A stretch of 36,926 bases of DNA from an uncultured Chitinophagales bacterium (GTDB taxonomy: Bacteria; Bacteroidota; Ignavibacteria; UBA10030; UBA6906). This document shows positions 17,186 to 26,193 of the stretch, in pieces. Both the position numbers and the translations under genes were made by a program. The stretch spans positions 1 through 36,926 of the forward strand of contig CAZWIN010000002.1 in assembly GCA_964633855.1 (NCBI GenBank), given 5' to 3'. The number at the start of each line of letters is the position of its first letter. Within the stretch, counting starts at the first letter, position 1. The notes beneath the pieces were generated by a model. That model had not been told where the DNA came from. It was given only the letters and a program-made list of their open reading frames with translations, and did no database searches.

Positions 17186-18129
17186 AACGAGCCGTCCTTA
17201 AGTGAAAGATGTTTGAGGTGAAAAGGGAAGAGGGTTTCGTAGATCTTCCGGTGAACGGGGGTTGAAATTCCAAGTTCATCGCCATAGCGAATTATCGTAC
17301 CGGAGAAAGCTTCGATCTCGAGTGGTTTCCCATGGGTAAGATCATAATACATGGAAGAACGCGAACTGTCGCTGAAGGTCTTCAGCCGCTTGAAAATCAG
17401 ATTGTTGTACGCTTGGCCAATGCTTATGCCGCGCGCCTGCGCCACGTTCAGGGTTTCATTCATGGCGTCTTCAAGTTGTTGCCGGTGCTCTGTGCTCGCG
17501 AGGATTTCGCCAAGCGTCAACCGGGTTGATGCGGTCAATCCCCCAACCGCAGCAATGAATATGAATTTCTTCCAAATCTCCTTCAGGATATCAGGAGAAA
17601 AGTCGGCGTTAATTCTTGCGCGCTGTGTTGCGGAGAGAATGTGTTTGCCTGTTTGCGCGCTTGAATCATTTTCTGTTAACGGCCCGAAAATAATTTTTTT
17701 TGGCCCGCCTGTTTCTTTGATTTCGCCCGGCGCGGCGACAGTTGCGTAAATATAAGAAACACCGCCCCAGACAACCCCCGTTGGAATCGTGCGCTGAATC
17801 TTCTCTTCATTGTCAATGCCGTTCTGCAGGCTGATGATGATGGTTTCCTTGTTGAGCATAGGTGCAAGCCGTTGCGCCGCCGACTCAGTATCGTACGATT
17901 TCACGCAGAACAGAATAACATCAGCCGGACCGATCTCTTCTGGGCGGTTTGTCATTTTCCCGGGAGGAATGGTGAAGTCGCCTTCGGTTGAATGTACGCG
18001 AAGTCCCGATTGTTGCATTTCTTCGAGATGCTTTCCGCGCGCGACAAACCAGACATCTTCACCCGCGTTTGCAAGTTTACCCCCAAAAAATCCGCCAACG
18101 CCTCCGGTTCCGAAAACGACAAACTTCAT
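17182..18129 (-). CDS. panE: 2-dehydropantoate 2-reductase (ketopantoate reductase, ApbA/PanE family)
   Basis: N-terminal Rossmann motif MKFVVFGTGGVGGFFGGKLA. Length and C-terminal domain fit (SMYYDLTHGKPLEIEAFSG). 4-nt overlap with the downstream gene. Confidence 0.85.
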   Translation of the reverse strand: MKFVVFGTGGVGGFFGGKLANAGEDVWFVARGKHLEEMQQSGLRVHSTEGDFTIPPGKMTNRPEEIGPADVILFCVKSYDTESAAQRLAPMLNKETIIISLQNGIDNEEKIQRTIPTGVVWGGVSYIYATVAAPGEIKETGGPKKIIFGPLTENDSSAQTGKHILSATQRARINADFSPDILKEIWKKFIFIAAVGGLTASTRLTLGEILASTEHRQQLEDAMNETLNVAQARGISIGQAYNNLIFKRLKTFSDSSRSSMYYDLTHGKPLEIEAFSGTIIRYGDELGISTPVHRKIYETLFPFHLKHLSLKDGSL

Positions 18130-18132
18130 TTT

Positions 18133-19788
18133 CTATTCCTCTTGATTTCCGGGCAGGAGTGGTTCTGCAAAAATGACTTTTTCCCGTTCGAGGGTGACTG
18201 TACCAGCCGGCGCGCCTTTCGGTTTGCGTACATACTTCTTCTCGGTCATGGCGACTGGAACCATTTTTGCGTTCTTCATCTTGCTGTAATACGCCGCTAT
18301 ACCGGCCGCCTGTTCTTTTGCCTTCTTTCCGGGCTCGCCCTTGCCAGTATGCGTTCTGAGAATAACATGCGATCCACTTGAACCCCGGGCATGGAACCAG
18401 AGGTCATCGGGTTTTGCATACTTCGATGTAAGAAGGTCGTTATTCTGGCTGCTCTTACCTGCCCATACCTCGAAGCCTCCGTCAACAGTGAAAATGCGAA
18501 AGGGAATTTGTTCGCGCTCCTCCTGCTTTTTTCCCGCGCCGAACTGCTCGAGGAGATCTTTGTTGGATGACATGAAGTTCTTCAGTTCCTCTGTTGTATC
18601 AACCCCGGTCAATTGCGAGAGCAATTGTTCCCCAAGCAAAATTTGTGGCTTGAGTTCCTCAACCCTCGTTTGAGATTGCCGTAGCGCGACCCGCGCGCTT
18701 TTTGCCTTGTCAAAGTATGATTGTGCATTTTGCATTGGAGTGAGTTTGGGGCTGAGCGGAATGGAAACATCAGCATGTTCTTCGCGAACCGTAAGACTTT
18801 TGTCACCCTTTTTGATTTGATGCACCTGCGCCAGGAGCAGCACGCCATAACGCTCGTATTCTTCTGCCCGGTGGTGCTGCTGAAGGTCCTTATCAATTGC
18901 TGCCGCAGTGCGGCGAAATTTTTCCAGCTTGTCGGAGATGCGGTTGACAAGTAATGCATGGTTCTCTGCAAAGCCGGAACGTGCGCGCGAACGGGAAAGA
19001 AAAAAACGGATAGCTTCATGTACGTCGTCAATCCGCTGTTCCGTTCGATTTCCAAGATGTGATAGAGGTATCAGCGAAAACAGAGATGGTGCTGTTTTCA
19101 CCTCATCGAAATACACTGTTGGTTTTGGCGAGTCGAGCTCCACAAGAAGCGAAAGCAGGCAGTTTTTGATTTGAATTATCTCTTGCGGCTTGAGTTGTCC
19201 GGAAATGGTGTCCGGATGCAGATTCGAGCGGAAGAGCACCTCGGCAGCCAGCCGCGGGCCGAGGTGCGGAAAGGATTTTTTCACAGTTTGAAAGACAGGC
19301 AATGCCCGGTATGTTTCCAGCGTTTGGCTGAATAGAAGCAGGTCGAGAGAATCGGTCTCATTCCTCCGAGGGCTTGCCGTTGTTCCAGCAAGCACCTTTG
19401 CATTTCTGAATGTGTCCCTGATAGTGTTGTTCGCGTCAATCAACAGAACATTCGATTTGCTTCCATAGAGTTGTGCCTCAAGTATCTCTCCATACAACCG
19501 GAACAATATTTGTCTGTCAAGGGGGACAATTGAAACAGACTCAATCAATCTTCCCGGAAGATCGCGCAGAACATCAGTGGAGTTTCTTTTTTTTCTTGAG
19601 AAATTCGGATGAAGATAGAGAGTCGAGTTCTCGGGCCGGCAGGAAATGACAAGATGCTCATCTCTGTTTTCGAATCGCAAAACCATCTCGTCACGTTCCT
19701 GGGAAAATGCCTCGGCTATCCTTTGACCACGTAGTGCGGCATCAAGAAGACCGGCAATGTATCGCAATGTGTAATAATTGTTTAGCAT
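18133..19788 (-). CDS. rqcH: NFACT-family RNA-binding protein (RqcH / fibronectin-binding protein A-like, DUF814)
   Basis: NFACT-N-like N-terminus, a central coiled coil, and an NFACT-R/DUF814 motif (DLWFHARGSSGSHVILR). The start is set at ATG 19788 (MLNNYYTLRYIAG). The ORF-track start at 19980 would overlap the divergent yicC gene. Confidence 0.85.
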   Translation of the reverse strand: MLNNYYTLRYIAGLLDAALRGQRIAEAFSQERDEMVLRFENRDEHLVISCRPENSTLYLHPNFSRKKRNSTDVLRDLPGRLIESVSIVPLDRQILFRLYGEILEAQLYGSKSNVLLIDANNTIRDTFRNAKVLAGTTASPRRNETDSLDLLLFSQTLETYRALPVFQTVKKSFPHLGPRLAAEVLFRSNLHPDTISGQLKPQEIIQIKNCLLSLLVELDSPKPTVYFDEVKTAPSLFSLIPLSHLGNRTEQRIDDVHEAIRFFLSRSRARSGFAENHALLVNRISDKLEKFRRTAAAIDKDLQQHHRAEEYERYGVLLLAQVHQIKKGDKSLTVREEHADVSIPLSPKLTPMQNAQSYFDKAKSARVALRQSQTRVEELKPQILLGEQLLSQLTGVDTTEELKNFMSSNKDLLEQFGAGKKQEEREQIPFRIFTVDGGFEVWAGKSSQNNDLLTSKYAKPDDLWFHARGSSGSHVILRTHTGKGEPGKKAKEQAAGIAAYYSKMKNAKMVPVAMTEKKYVRKPKGAPAGTVTLEREKVIFAEPLLPGNQEE

Positions 19789-19950
19789 AGATGTTATCAA
19801 CAATATATTGAAAACAGCCGATTTTTCCATAGAAACCCGACTCGGGTGTGGATAACTTGTCAACATCGGTGTGTTTATTCTGTTGGAAAGTTTCCTTTGC
19901 AACTGCTGGGTGTTTTTCGTATTTTTTAGGTCCAAAGTTGAAGAGGATGC

Positions 19951-20829
19951 ATGATTGCCAGTATGACCGGCTACGGTCACGGGCAGGCCACCAAAAAAGG
20001 TGTTACTGTTACCGTGGAGTTGCGTAGCGTTAACAGCCGGTTTCTTGAGGTTGCCACCCGTTTACCCCGCTCGCTTTCCCTGCGTGAAAATGAAGTCAAA
20101 GAGTTGATTCGGAAGAGAATTGGCCGCGGGAAAATTACCCTGGTTGCAACTGCTGACCGGGAAAACAATGGTGAACTGCCGCTGAAGATCAATATCTCCG
20201 CGGCAAAGGGGTATTACAAACTCCTCAATCAACTGAGAAAATCTGTAAAGCTGAAAGAGTCCGTGAAACTGGAACACCTTCTTAGATTCTCCGAGGTTAT
20301 CGAAACCCAGGAGATGGAAAGCACAGACGAGGGAGAGTGGAACCTCCTCCAGAATGCGCTCAATGGATCTATCGATGCCTTGGTGTCGATGCGTCTTCAG
20401 GAAGGCGGAGAGTTGAAGAAGGATTTTCAGCAACGCATACGCACATTGGAACGACAATTGAATCAGATTGAGCAACTCTCATCCGGACAAGTGCCGGCAG
20501 AGCGCCAACGGTTGCGTCAGCGCATCAACCAGTTGATGGAAAACGAGAACCTCGACGAGGGGCGGCTGGAAATGGAGATCGCTCTGCTGGCGGACCGCCT
20601 CGATGTTACCGAGGAATGTGTGCGGTTCCGCAGTCACAACAAATTTTTTCTTGAGGCCCTTGACAACGATGAAGCCGCGGGCCGCAAACTGAATTTTCTT
20701 ATCCAGGAAATGAACAGGGAAGCCAACACCATCGGTTCAAAATCCAGTTCTTCGGAGATTGCCCACCTTGTGGTGGGGGTGAAGGAGGAGTTGGAGCGTA
20801 TCCGGGAGCAGTTGCAGAACATCGAATAG
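19951..20829 (+). CDS. yicC: YicC-family protein (stress-induced, endoribonuclease YicC)
   Basis: MIASMTGYG N-terminus, the C-terminal REANTIGSKS motif, and the conserved yicC-gmk-rpoZ order. Confidence 0.9.
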   Translation: MIASMTGYGHGQATKKGVTVTVELRSVNSRFLEVATRLPRSLSLRENEVKELIRKRIGRGKITLVATADRENNGELPLKINISAAKGYYKLLNQLRKSVKLKESVKLEHLLRFSEVIETQEMESTDEGEWNLLQNALNGSIDALVSMRLQEGGELKKDFQQRIRTLERQLNQIEQLSSGQVPAERQRLRQRINQLMENENLDEGRLEMEIALLADRLDVTEECVRFRSHNKFFLEALDNDEAAGRKLNFLIQEMNREANTIGSKSSSSEIAHLVVGVKEELERIREQLQNIE

Positions 20830-20832
20830 ACC

Positions 20833-21390
20833 ATGCAAGGCAAGCTTATTGTTATTTCTGCACCGAGCGGCTCCGGCAAAACGACAATAGCGCGCGAAGT
20901 CATGAAGATGAATCCGTCACTCAGATTTTCCGTATCTGCAACAACTCGGCAGAAGCGGGATGGCGAAATTGACGGAAAGGATTACTTCTTCCTCACACAC
21001 GAGGATTTCAGGAGGAGGGTTGGGCAGGACGAGTTTATTGAATGGGAGGAGCTGTATGGAAATTTATACGGTACTCTCAAAACAGAGGTTGATCGTATCC
21101 TGAAAAGCGGCGGGCACCTGCTCTTCGACGTGGACGTCAAAGGTGCGCTCTCGATCAAACATCTGTACCCCGAAGCGGTTCTCATATTCATCAAACCGCC
21201 GAACCTCGAAGTCTTGAAACACCGGTTGCTTGGCCGACGCACAGAGGATGAAGCAACGTTGCAACGCAGGCTCGACCGGGTACCGATGGAGTTAGAAATG
21301 GGAAACAATTTTGACTTTCAAATAGTCAACGACGACCTCAACGCGTCCGTTGCAGCGGTTCAAAAGATTGTACAACAACACTTACAGTAA
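20833..21390 (+). CDS. gmk: guanylate kinase
   Basis: P-loop ISAPSGSGKTT, plus SVSATTRQKRDGEIDGKDYFF and EWEELYGNLYGT motifs. Confidence 0.95.
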   Translation: MQGKLIVISAPSGSGKTTIAREVMKMNPSLRFSVSATTRQKRDGEIDGKDYFFLTHEDFRRRVGQDEFIEWEELYGNLYGTLKTEVDRILKSGGHLLFDVDVKGALSIKHLYPEAVLIFIKPPNLEVLKHRLLGRRTEDEATLQRRLDRVPMELEMGNNFDFQIVNDDLNASVAAVQKIVQQHLQ

Positions 21391-21410
21391 TCAGTCCGGA
21401 GATTGATCGT

Positions 21411-21761
21411 ATGCCCATCAAACCGATTAACATGGAAGTATTCACCGACAAGGCAAAAAATGTCCATGAAGCCATTGTCGCTGTTTCGAAGCGCGCGCGC
21501 CAGGTGAATGAGGAAACAAAGATCGAATTCAACCAGCGTGTGGAAATGTTTGCCGTCAAACCGGAGTCGCTGGAGTCCGAGGAAACGGACATCAACCCCG
21601 ACCAGCTGAAGGTCAGTTTGGAATTCGAGAAGCGCCCGAAACCAACGGATACAGCGCTTGACGAGATGATGGACTCGAAAATTTCCTGGCGTTACAAGGA
21701 AAGCGAGCTGCCACCCGCCGGGGCCGAAGAGGCGGAAGAGGAAGTTGACGAAGAGGAATAG
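21411..21761 (+). CDS. rpoZ: DNA-directed RNA polymerase subunit omega
   Basis: 116 aa with an omega-like core (NVHEAIVAVSKRARQVNEE) and an acidic C-terminal tail. It lies between gmk and coaBC. Confidence 0.8.
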   Translation: MPIKPINMEVFTDKAKNVHEAIVAVSKRARQVNEETKIEFNQRVEMFAVKPESLESEETDINPDQLKVSLEFEKRPKPTDTALDEMMDSKISWRYKESELPPAGAEEAEEEVDEEE

Positions 21762-21767
21762 CGGATC

Positions 21768-22985
21768 GTGCTGAAAGGGAAGCACATCCTGTTGGGCATC
21801 AGCGGTGGAATAGCCGCATACAAATCGGCATTGCTGGTGAGGGATTTTGTGAAGGCGGGTGCTGATGTTCAGGTTGTCATGACACGCAACGCAACACAAT
21901 TTGTCACCCCACTTACGATTTCAACTCTCTCCAAGAGGGAAGTGATTGTCGAAATGTTTCCTTCTGATGCCCGCGAGCCCGTTGCTCAGTGGACGAAACA
22001 CATCGACCTTGCGCTCTGGGCGGATATCATGCTGATTGCACCGGCAACAGCCAACACAATTGCAAAAATTGCCCACGGCTATGCTGATGATTTCCTTTCA
22101 ACGCTGGTTCTTGCCCTTCGTTGTCCACTGGCGGTAGCCCCTGCGATGGATGTTGATATGTACCTCAATGAAACCACACAGGAAAATATCGGCACTCTGA
22201 GGGAAACAGGATGCCATGTTATTAACCCGGAAGAGGGTGAGCTTGCAAGCGGGCTGACAGGTCCCGGCCGTTTACCCGAACCCTCTACATTGTTTGCATT
22301 CACAGAGAGCGTTCTCGACAAGGCTCCCGGCGATCTCAAAGGCAAACGTGTTCTCGTAACCGCCGGCCCGACCCACGAGCCGATCGATCCCGTTCGCTAT
22401 GTTGGAAATCATTCGTCGGGCAAGATGGGGTTTGCGCTTGCGAATGTCGCCGCGCAGCGCGGTGCAGAAGTGACACTCATCTGCGGACCGGTTTCCATCA
22501 AGACACCGCGTAACACGCGTCGCATCAATGTTCAGAGAGCCGAAGAGATGCAGAGTGCCGTTGAGCGTGAATACGAAACCAGCGATATTGTTATCATGGC
22601 AGCAGCCGTCGCGGATTTCTCGCCAGTGCAGGCCAGCACCTCCAAGATAAAACGCGAAACCCTTGCGGAGGACCGGCTCATCCTCGAACTCAAAAAAAAC
22701 CGGGACATATTGAAATCACTGGGTAGTAACAAGAAACATCAATTTCTTGTCGGCTTTGCGCTGGAGACCGATAACGGCGTCGAGAATGCCATGAAGAAGC
22801 TTCAATCAAAAAATCTTGACATGATTGTTTTGAACAACCCCGGAGAAAAGGGCGCGGGGTTCGGAACCGATACAAACATTGTTACGGTGATTACTCCCGA
22901 TGGAGCGGTTGAGAGTTTGCCGAAACAATCCAAGTTCGATGTTGCCCATGATATTATGAACCGCGTTGTAAAGCGGATGCAATAG
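21768..22985 (+). CDS. coaBC: bifunctional phosphopantothenoylcysteine decarboxylase / phosphopantothenate-cysteine ligase
   Basis: GTG start. Flavoprotein N-domain (ILLGISGGIAAYKS, PAMDVDMY) and CoaB C-domain (VLVTAGPTHEPIDPVRYVGNHSSGKMG). Confidence 0.95.
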   Translation: MLKGKHILLGISGGIAAYKSALLVRDFVKAGADVQVVMTRNATQFVTPLTISTLSKREVIVEMFPSDAREPVAQWTKHIDLALWADIMLIAPATANTIAKIAHGYADDFLSTLVLALRCPLAVAPAMDVDMYLNETTQENIGTLRETGCHVINPEEGELASGLTGPGRLPEPSTLFAFTESVLDKAPGDLKGKRVLVTAGPTHEPIDPVRYVGNHSSGKMGFALANVAAQRGAEVTLICGPVSIKTPRNTRRINVQRAEEMQSAVEREYETSDIVIMAAAVADFSPVQASTSKIKRETLAEDRLILELKKNRDILKSLGSNKKHQFLVGFALETDNGVENAMKKLQSKNLDMIVLNNPGEKGAGFGTDTNIVTVITPDGAVESLPKQSKFDVAHDIMNRVVKRMQ

Positions 22986-23015
22986 GTTTTCCTTCACCAC
23001 CGCAACATCAATACA

Positions 23016-23813
23016 ATGTCCGACGATCCCGCTTCATATCAAACAACCTCCGGACTCTTTGCGGACCTGGAGAGATTTTTCCACGCGGAGCGGGAGATGT
23101 TCGGCGAAACAATTCTGCATGAGCCCGCTGTCATGGCAAAGGAGCCGACCGTGCGATCAGCAAAAAATAGCGTGACAGGTGAAGAGCCGTCGCTTTTTGA
23201 GCGTTCACCAGCGCCAAAGCAGGCGGTGACGTCCGAAGAGTGGGGAAAGGTGTCAACTCTTGAAGCGCTTAATACCGGAATTTGCAATTGCACAAAGTGT
23301 GCTTTAGGCCATACACGAACGAAGTTTGTCTTTGGCGTCGGAAACCCGAAAGCAACATTGATGCTTGTCGGAGAGGCGCCGGGTGCTGATGAAGATGCGC
23401 AAGGCGAACCATTCGTTGGCCGTGCCGGACAGCTTCTCAACAAGATTCTCGAAGCTATCAACTTCAAACGTGAGGATGTGTACATCTGCAATATTCTCAA
23501 ATGCCGCCCTCCGAATAACCGCACGCCGCAGCCCGACGAAGTTGAGCAGTGCATTCCGTATCTCAAGAAGCAGATCGAACTGATTCAACCAAGGGTAATT
23601 CTCTGTCTCGGGCTGACCGCTGCGCAAAACCTTCTTCGGACGTCGGAAAGCCTGGGCAAACTTCGCGGTAGAAAGCTGTCGTACGAAAATGTCCCCTTGA
23701 TGGTTACATACCATCCTGCCGCTCTTCTGCGGAACCCCAACTGGAAGCGGCCGACCTGGGAGGATGTGCAGGCGGTGCGAAAACTTCACGACGAATTGAT
23801 TCAGAAAGCATAA
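23016..23813 (+). CDS. udg: uracil-DNA glycosylase, family 4 (Fe-S type)
   Basis: Motif A GEAPGADED and motif B HPAALLRNP. Cluster cysteines are present (CNCTKC, CNILKCRPP, EQC). A ~80-aa N-terminal extension precedes the core. Confidence 0.9.
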   Translation: MSDDPASYQTTSGLFADLERFFHAEREMFGETILHEPAVMAKEPTVRSAKNSVTGEEPSLFERSPAPKQAVTSEEWGKVSTLEALNTGICNCTKCALGHTRTKFVFGVGNPKATLMLVGEAPGADEDAQGEPFVGRAGQLLNKILEAINFKREDVYICNILKCRPPNNRTPQPDEVEQCIPYLKKQIELIQPRVILCLGLTAAQNLLRTSESLGKLRGRKLSYENVPLMVTYHPAALLRNPNWKRPTWEDVQAVRKLHDELIQKA

Positions 23814-23825
23814 GCAGGTGACGTC

Positions 23826-25262
23826 ATGCCCGAGGCATTGATTCGAAAAGGAATTGAGCTTGTGATGGACCGGTCATCCCAGGAGGGACGCATACCGCCG
23901 CAAGCAGTGGAAATAGAATCGCAGGTACTGGGCGCGATGCTGTTGGAGCGCGAGGCGATTGCAAAGGTTATCGAAGTTCTTGATGAAGACGCCTTCCATG
24001 CAGAGTATCACCGGAAAATCTATCAGGCCATCCTTGCGATGTTTGACCGGAGTGAGCCCGTGGATACGATTACGCTGGCGGAGGAATTGCGTCGCCGCGG
24101 CCACCTTGAAATAGTAGGCGGCGAGCCGTATCTGGTCGAGCTGACAATGAAGGTCACTTCGGCGGCGAATGTGGAATATCATGCCCGGATCGTCCTTGAA
24201 AAATCGCTGATGCGCAATTTGATTTCGGCCTCTTCGGCCATTGCAACGCGCGCCTTTCAGCCGACAGAGGACGCCTTCGATTTACTGGATGAGGCGGAAC
24301 AATCCATCTTCCAGATTTCAGAGAAGAGACTGAAGAAGAGTTTCGTCTCCATGCACAAGGCGGTACACGACACAATCGAGATGCTCGAGGGTATTCACGG
24401 AAAACACAGCGGGGTAACCGGCGTGCCAACTGGCTTTCGCGATCTTGATACGTTGACCGGCGGTTGGCAAAACTCCGACCTGATAATTATTGCCGGCCGT
24501 CCCAGTTCCGGCAAAACGGCATTCGCGCTTTCACTGGCACGGAATGCGGCGATGCATAACGAAAAGCCGACGCCAGTCGGTATTTTCTCTCTCGAAATGT
24601 CCACACAACAACTGGTGATGCGCCTTCTCTGTGCAGAAGCAAAAGTGGATGCCCACGCCGTTCGCACGGGCCGGCTGCCCGAAGACGACTGGAAGCGGCT
24701 CAGTATCGCGGCGGGACGGTTGACGAACGCGAATGTATTTATTGATGATACTGCGGCGCTCGGCATTCTTGAGTTGCGTGCCAAGGCACGTCGTCTGAAG
24801 GCAGAGAGAAACATCGGGATGATTGTGGTGGATTACATGCAATTGATGCAGGGGCCTAGAAGCGCTGAAAACAGGGAAAAGGAAATCTCCGCGATATCCC
24901 GTTCGCTCAAGGCACTGGCAAAAGAATTAAGCGTCCCCGTCTTGGCATTGTCACAGCTCAGCCGTGCCGTCGAAAGCCGGAACGATAAACGGCCCATTCT
25001 CTCTGACCTGCGCGAGTCCGGTGCGATTGAACAGGATGCGGATCTCGTTGCATTCGTCCACCGCCCCGAGATGTACTTGGATCCGAACTCCGACGAGTTT
25101 CGCGATGCTGCCGGACAGGCTGACATCATTATCGGTAAGCAGCGCAACGGCCCGATCGATGATGTCCGGCTTGCATTTGTACACAAGTACGCCCGCTTTG
25201 AAAACCTCTCTCCTGCAAGCTTCAACATGATTCCGGCCGCGCCTGATGAGCAGCCATTCTAA
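23826..25262 (+). CDS. dnaB: replicative DNA helicase
   Basis: PPQAVEIESQVLGAMLL N-domain, Walker A GRPSSGKTAF, Walker B IVVDYMQLM, and the LSQLSRAVE and RESGAIEQDAD motifs. At 478 aa there is no intein. Confidence 0.95.
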   Translation: MPEALIRKGIELVMDRSSQEGRIPPQAVEIESQVLGAMLLEREAIAKVIEVLDEDAFHAEYHRKIYQAILAMFDRSEPVDTITLAEELRRRGHLEIVGGEPYLVELTMKVTSAANVEYHARIVLEKSLMRNLISASSAIATRAFQPTEDAFDLLDEAEQSIFQISEKRLKKSFVSMHKAVHDTIEMLEGIHGKHSGVTGVPTGFRDLDTLTGGWQNSDLIIIAGRPSSGKTAFALSLARNAAMHNEKPTPVGIFSLEMSTQQLVMRLLCAEAKVDAHAVRTGRLPEDDWKRLSIAAGRLTNANVFIDDTAALGILELRAKARRLKAERNIGMIVVDYMQLMQGPRSAENREKEISAISRSLKALAKELSVPVLALSQLSRAVESRNDKRPILSDLRESGAIEQDADLVAFVHRPEMYLDPNSDEFRDAAGQADIIIGKQRNGPIDDVRLAFVHKYARFENLSPASFNMIPAAPDEQPF

Positions 25263-26151
25263 AACCCCGCCGGCTCCCGGCCGCAGGCGTTTTCTCGGCA
25301 CCATAACATTGTTGGGTGGAGCGCTCTTCGGGGGAAGAACCGCCATTGCATTGATGCGTGCCGGTGATCAGCAGTCGGCAGATGGAAAGCACATTCATGA
25401 GGTATTCGGCCTTGCAGCAGGAAAACAACTGTACGGGAAGCCCATTGGCTTGGTAATGGCGGCAGTGGGCAAGTCGTTTATCGGAACTCCCTACGCAGCC
25501 AATACACTTGAGGCAGCAGGTGAAGAACGCCTCATTGTCAATCTCGAAGGCATGGATTGCGTCACCTTTGTCGAAAATACTCTTGCGCTTTCGCGGTGTA
25601 TCAGGTCGCAGAGGGAAAATGTTGATGCCTTTCGCCGACAATTACAACTCATCCGATATCGTTCGGGCGATATTCATGGCTATCCGAGCAGGCTTCATTA
25701 CTTTTCAGATTGGATTCTTGACAATACCGCAAAGAAGGTTGTCCGCGATATTGCCGGGGAGCTTGGTGGCGTTGTCTATGATAAAGAGATCAATTTCATG
25801 TCAACCCATAGAACTGCATACAAACAGCTTGCTGACGAGAACGCGCTTTCGGAAATGAAACGTGTGGAAGGCTCCCTGAACAGCCGCAAAAAATATTATC
25901 TCCCTAAAGACAAACTCAAAGATGTTGAACGGCGTATTGCCGACGGTGACATCATTGCAATAACCACCAGTGTGCAGGGTTTGGATGTTTCGCACACGGG
26001 GTTGGCGCTGTACACCGGGAGCAGGTTGCATTTTCTTCATGCGCCGATTACAGGTGAGGCGGTGCAAGTCTCGGCCAAACCGTTTGTTGAGTATATGAAT
26101 GCTTCGGCGAAGTACACCGGGGTGATGATCGCCCGCCCGGTTGAACCATAA
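25246..26151 (+). CDS. Tat-exported DUF1460 family protein (amidase / cysteine-peptidase-like)
   Basis: Twin-arginine signal (GRRRFLGTITLLGG). GTPYAANTLE...LEGMDCVTFVENTLALS resembles the DUF1460 signature. It overlaps the dnaB 3' end by 17 nt. Confidence 0.7.
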   Translation: MSSHSKTPPAPGRRRFLGTITLLGGALFGGRTAIALMRAGDQQSADGKHIHEVFGLAAGKQLYGKPIGLVMAAVGKSFIGTPYAANTLEAAGEERLIVNLEGMDCVTFVENTLALSRCIRSQRENVDAFRRQLQLIRYRSGDIHGYPSRLHYFSDWILDNTAKKVVRDIAGELGGVVYDKEINFMSTHRTAYKQLADENALSEMKRVEGSLNSRKKYYLPKDKLKDVERRIADGDIIAITTSVQGLDVSHTGLALYTGSRLHFLHAPITGEAVQVSAKPFVEYMNASAKYTGVMIARPVEP

Positions 26152-26193
26152 GTGTGTAATTCACCCAATTCACTTTTTTTGAAGGAGCAGAAA

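Noticed and set aside
19789-19980. N-terminal 64 residues of the 615-aa NFACT ORF
   Set aside because: The extension overlaps the divergent yicC start and would remove the shared promoter region. The low-complexity sequence does not resemble NFACT-N, and MLNNYYTLRY is a typical family N-terminus.
21360-21899. 179-aa minus-strand ORF across rpoZ and the coaBC start
   Set aside because: It is antisense to two recognisable genes in conserved order. It is Cys/His/Phe-rich with no motifs.
23039-23789. 175-aa and 161-aa minus-strand ORFs inside udg
   Set aside because: They are antisense to a family-4 UDG with both catalytic motifs. No independent support exists.
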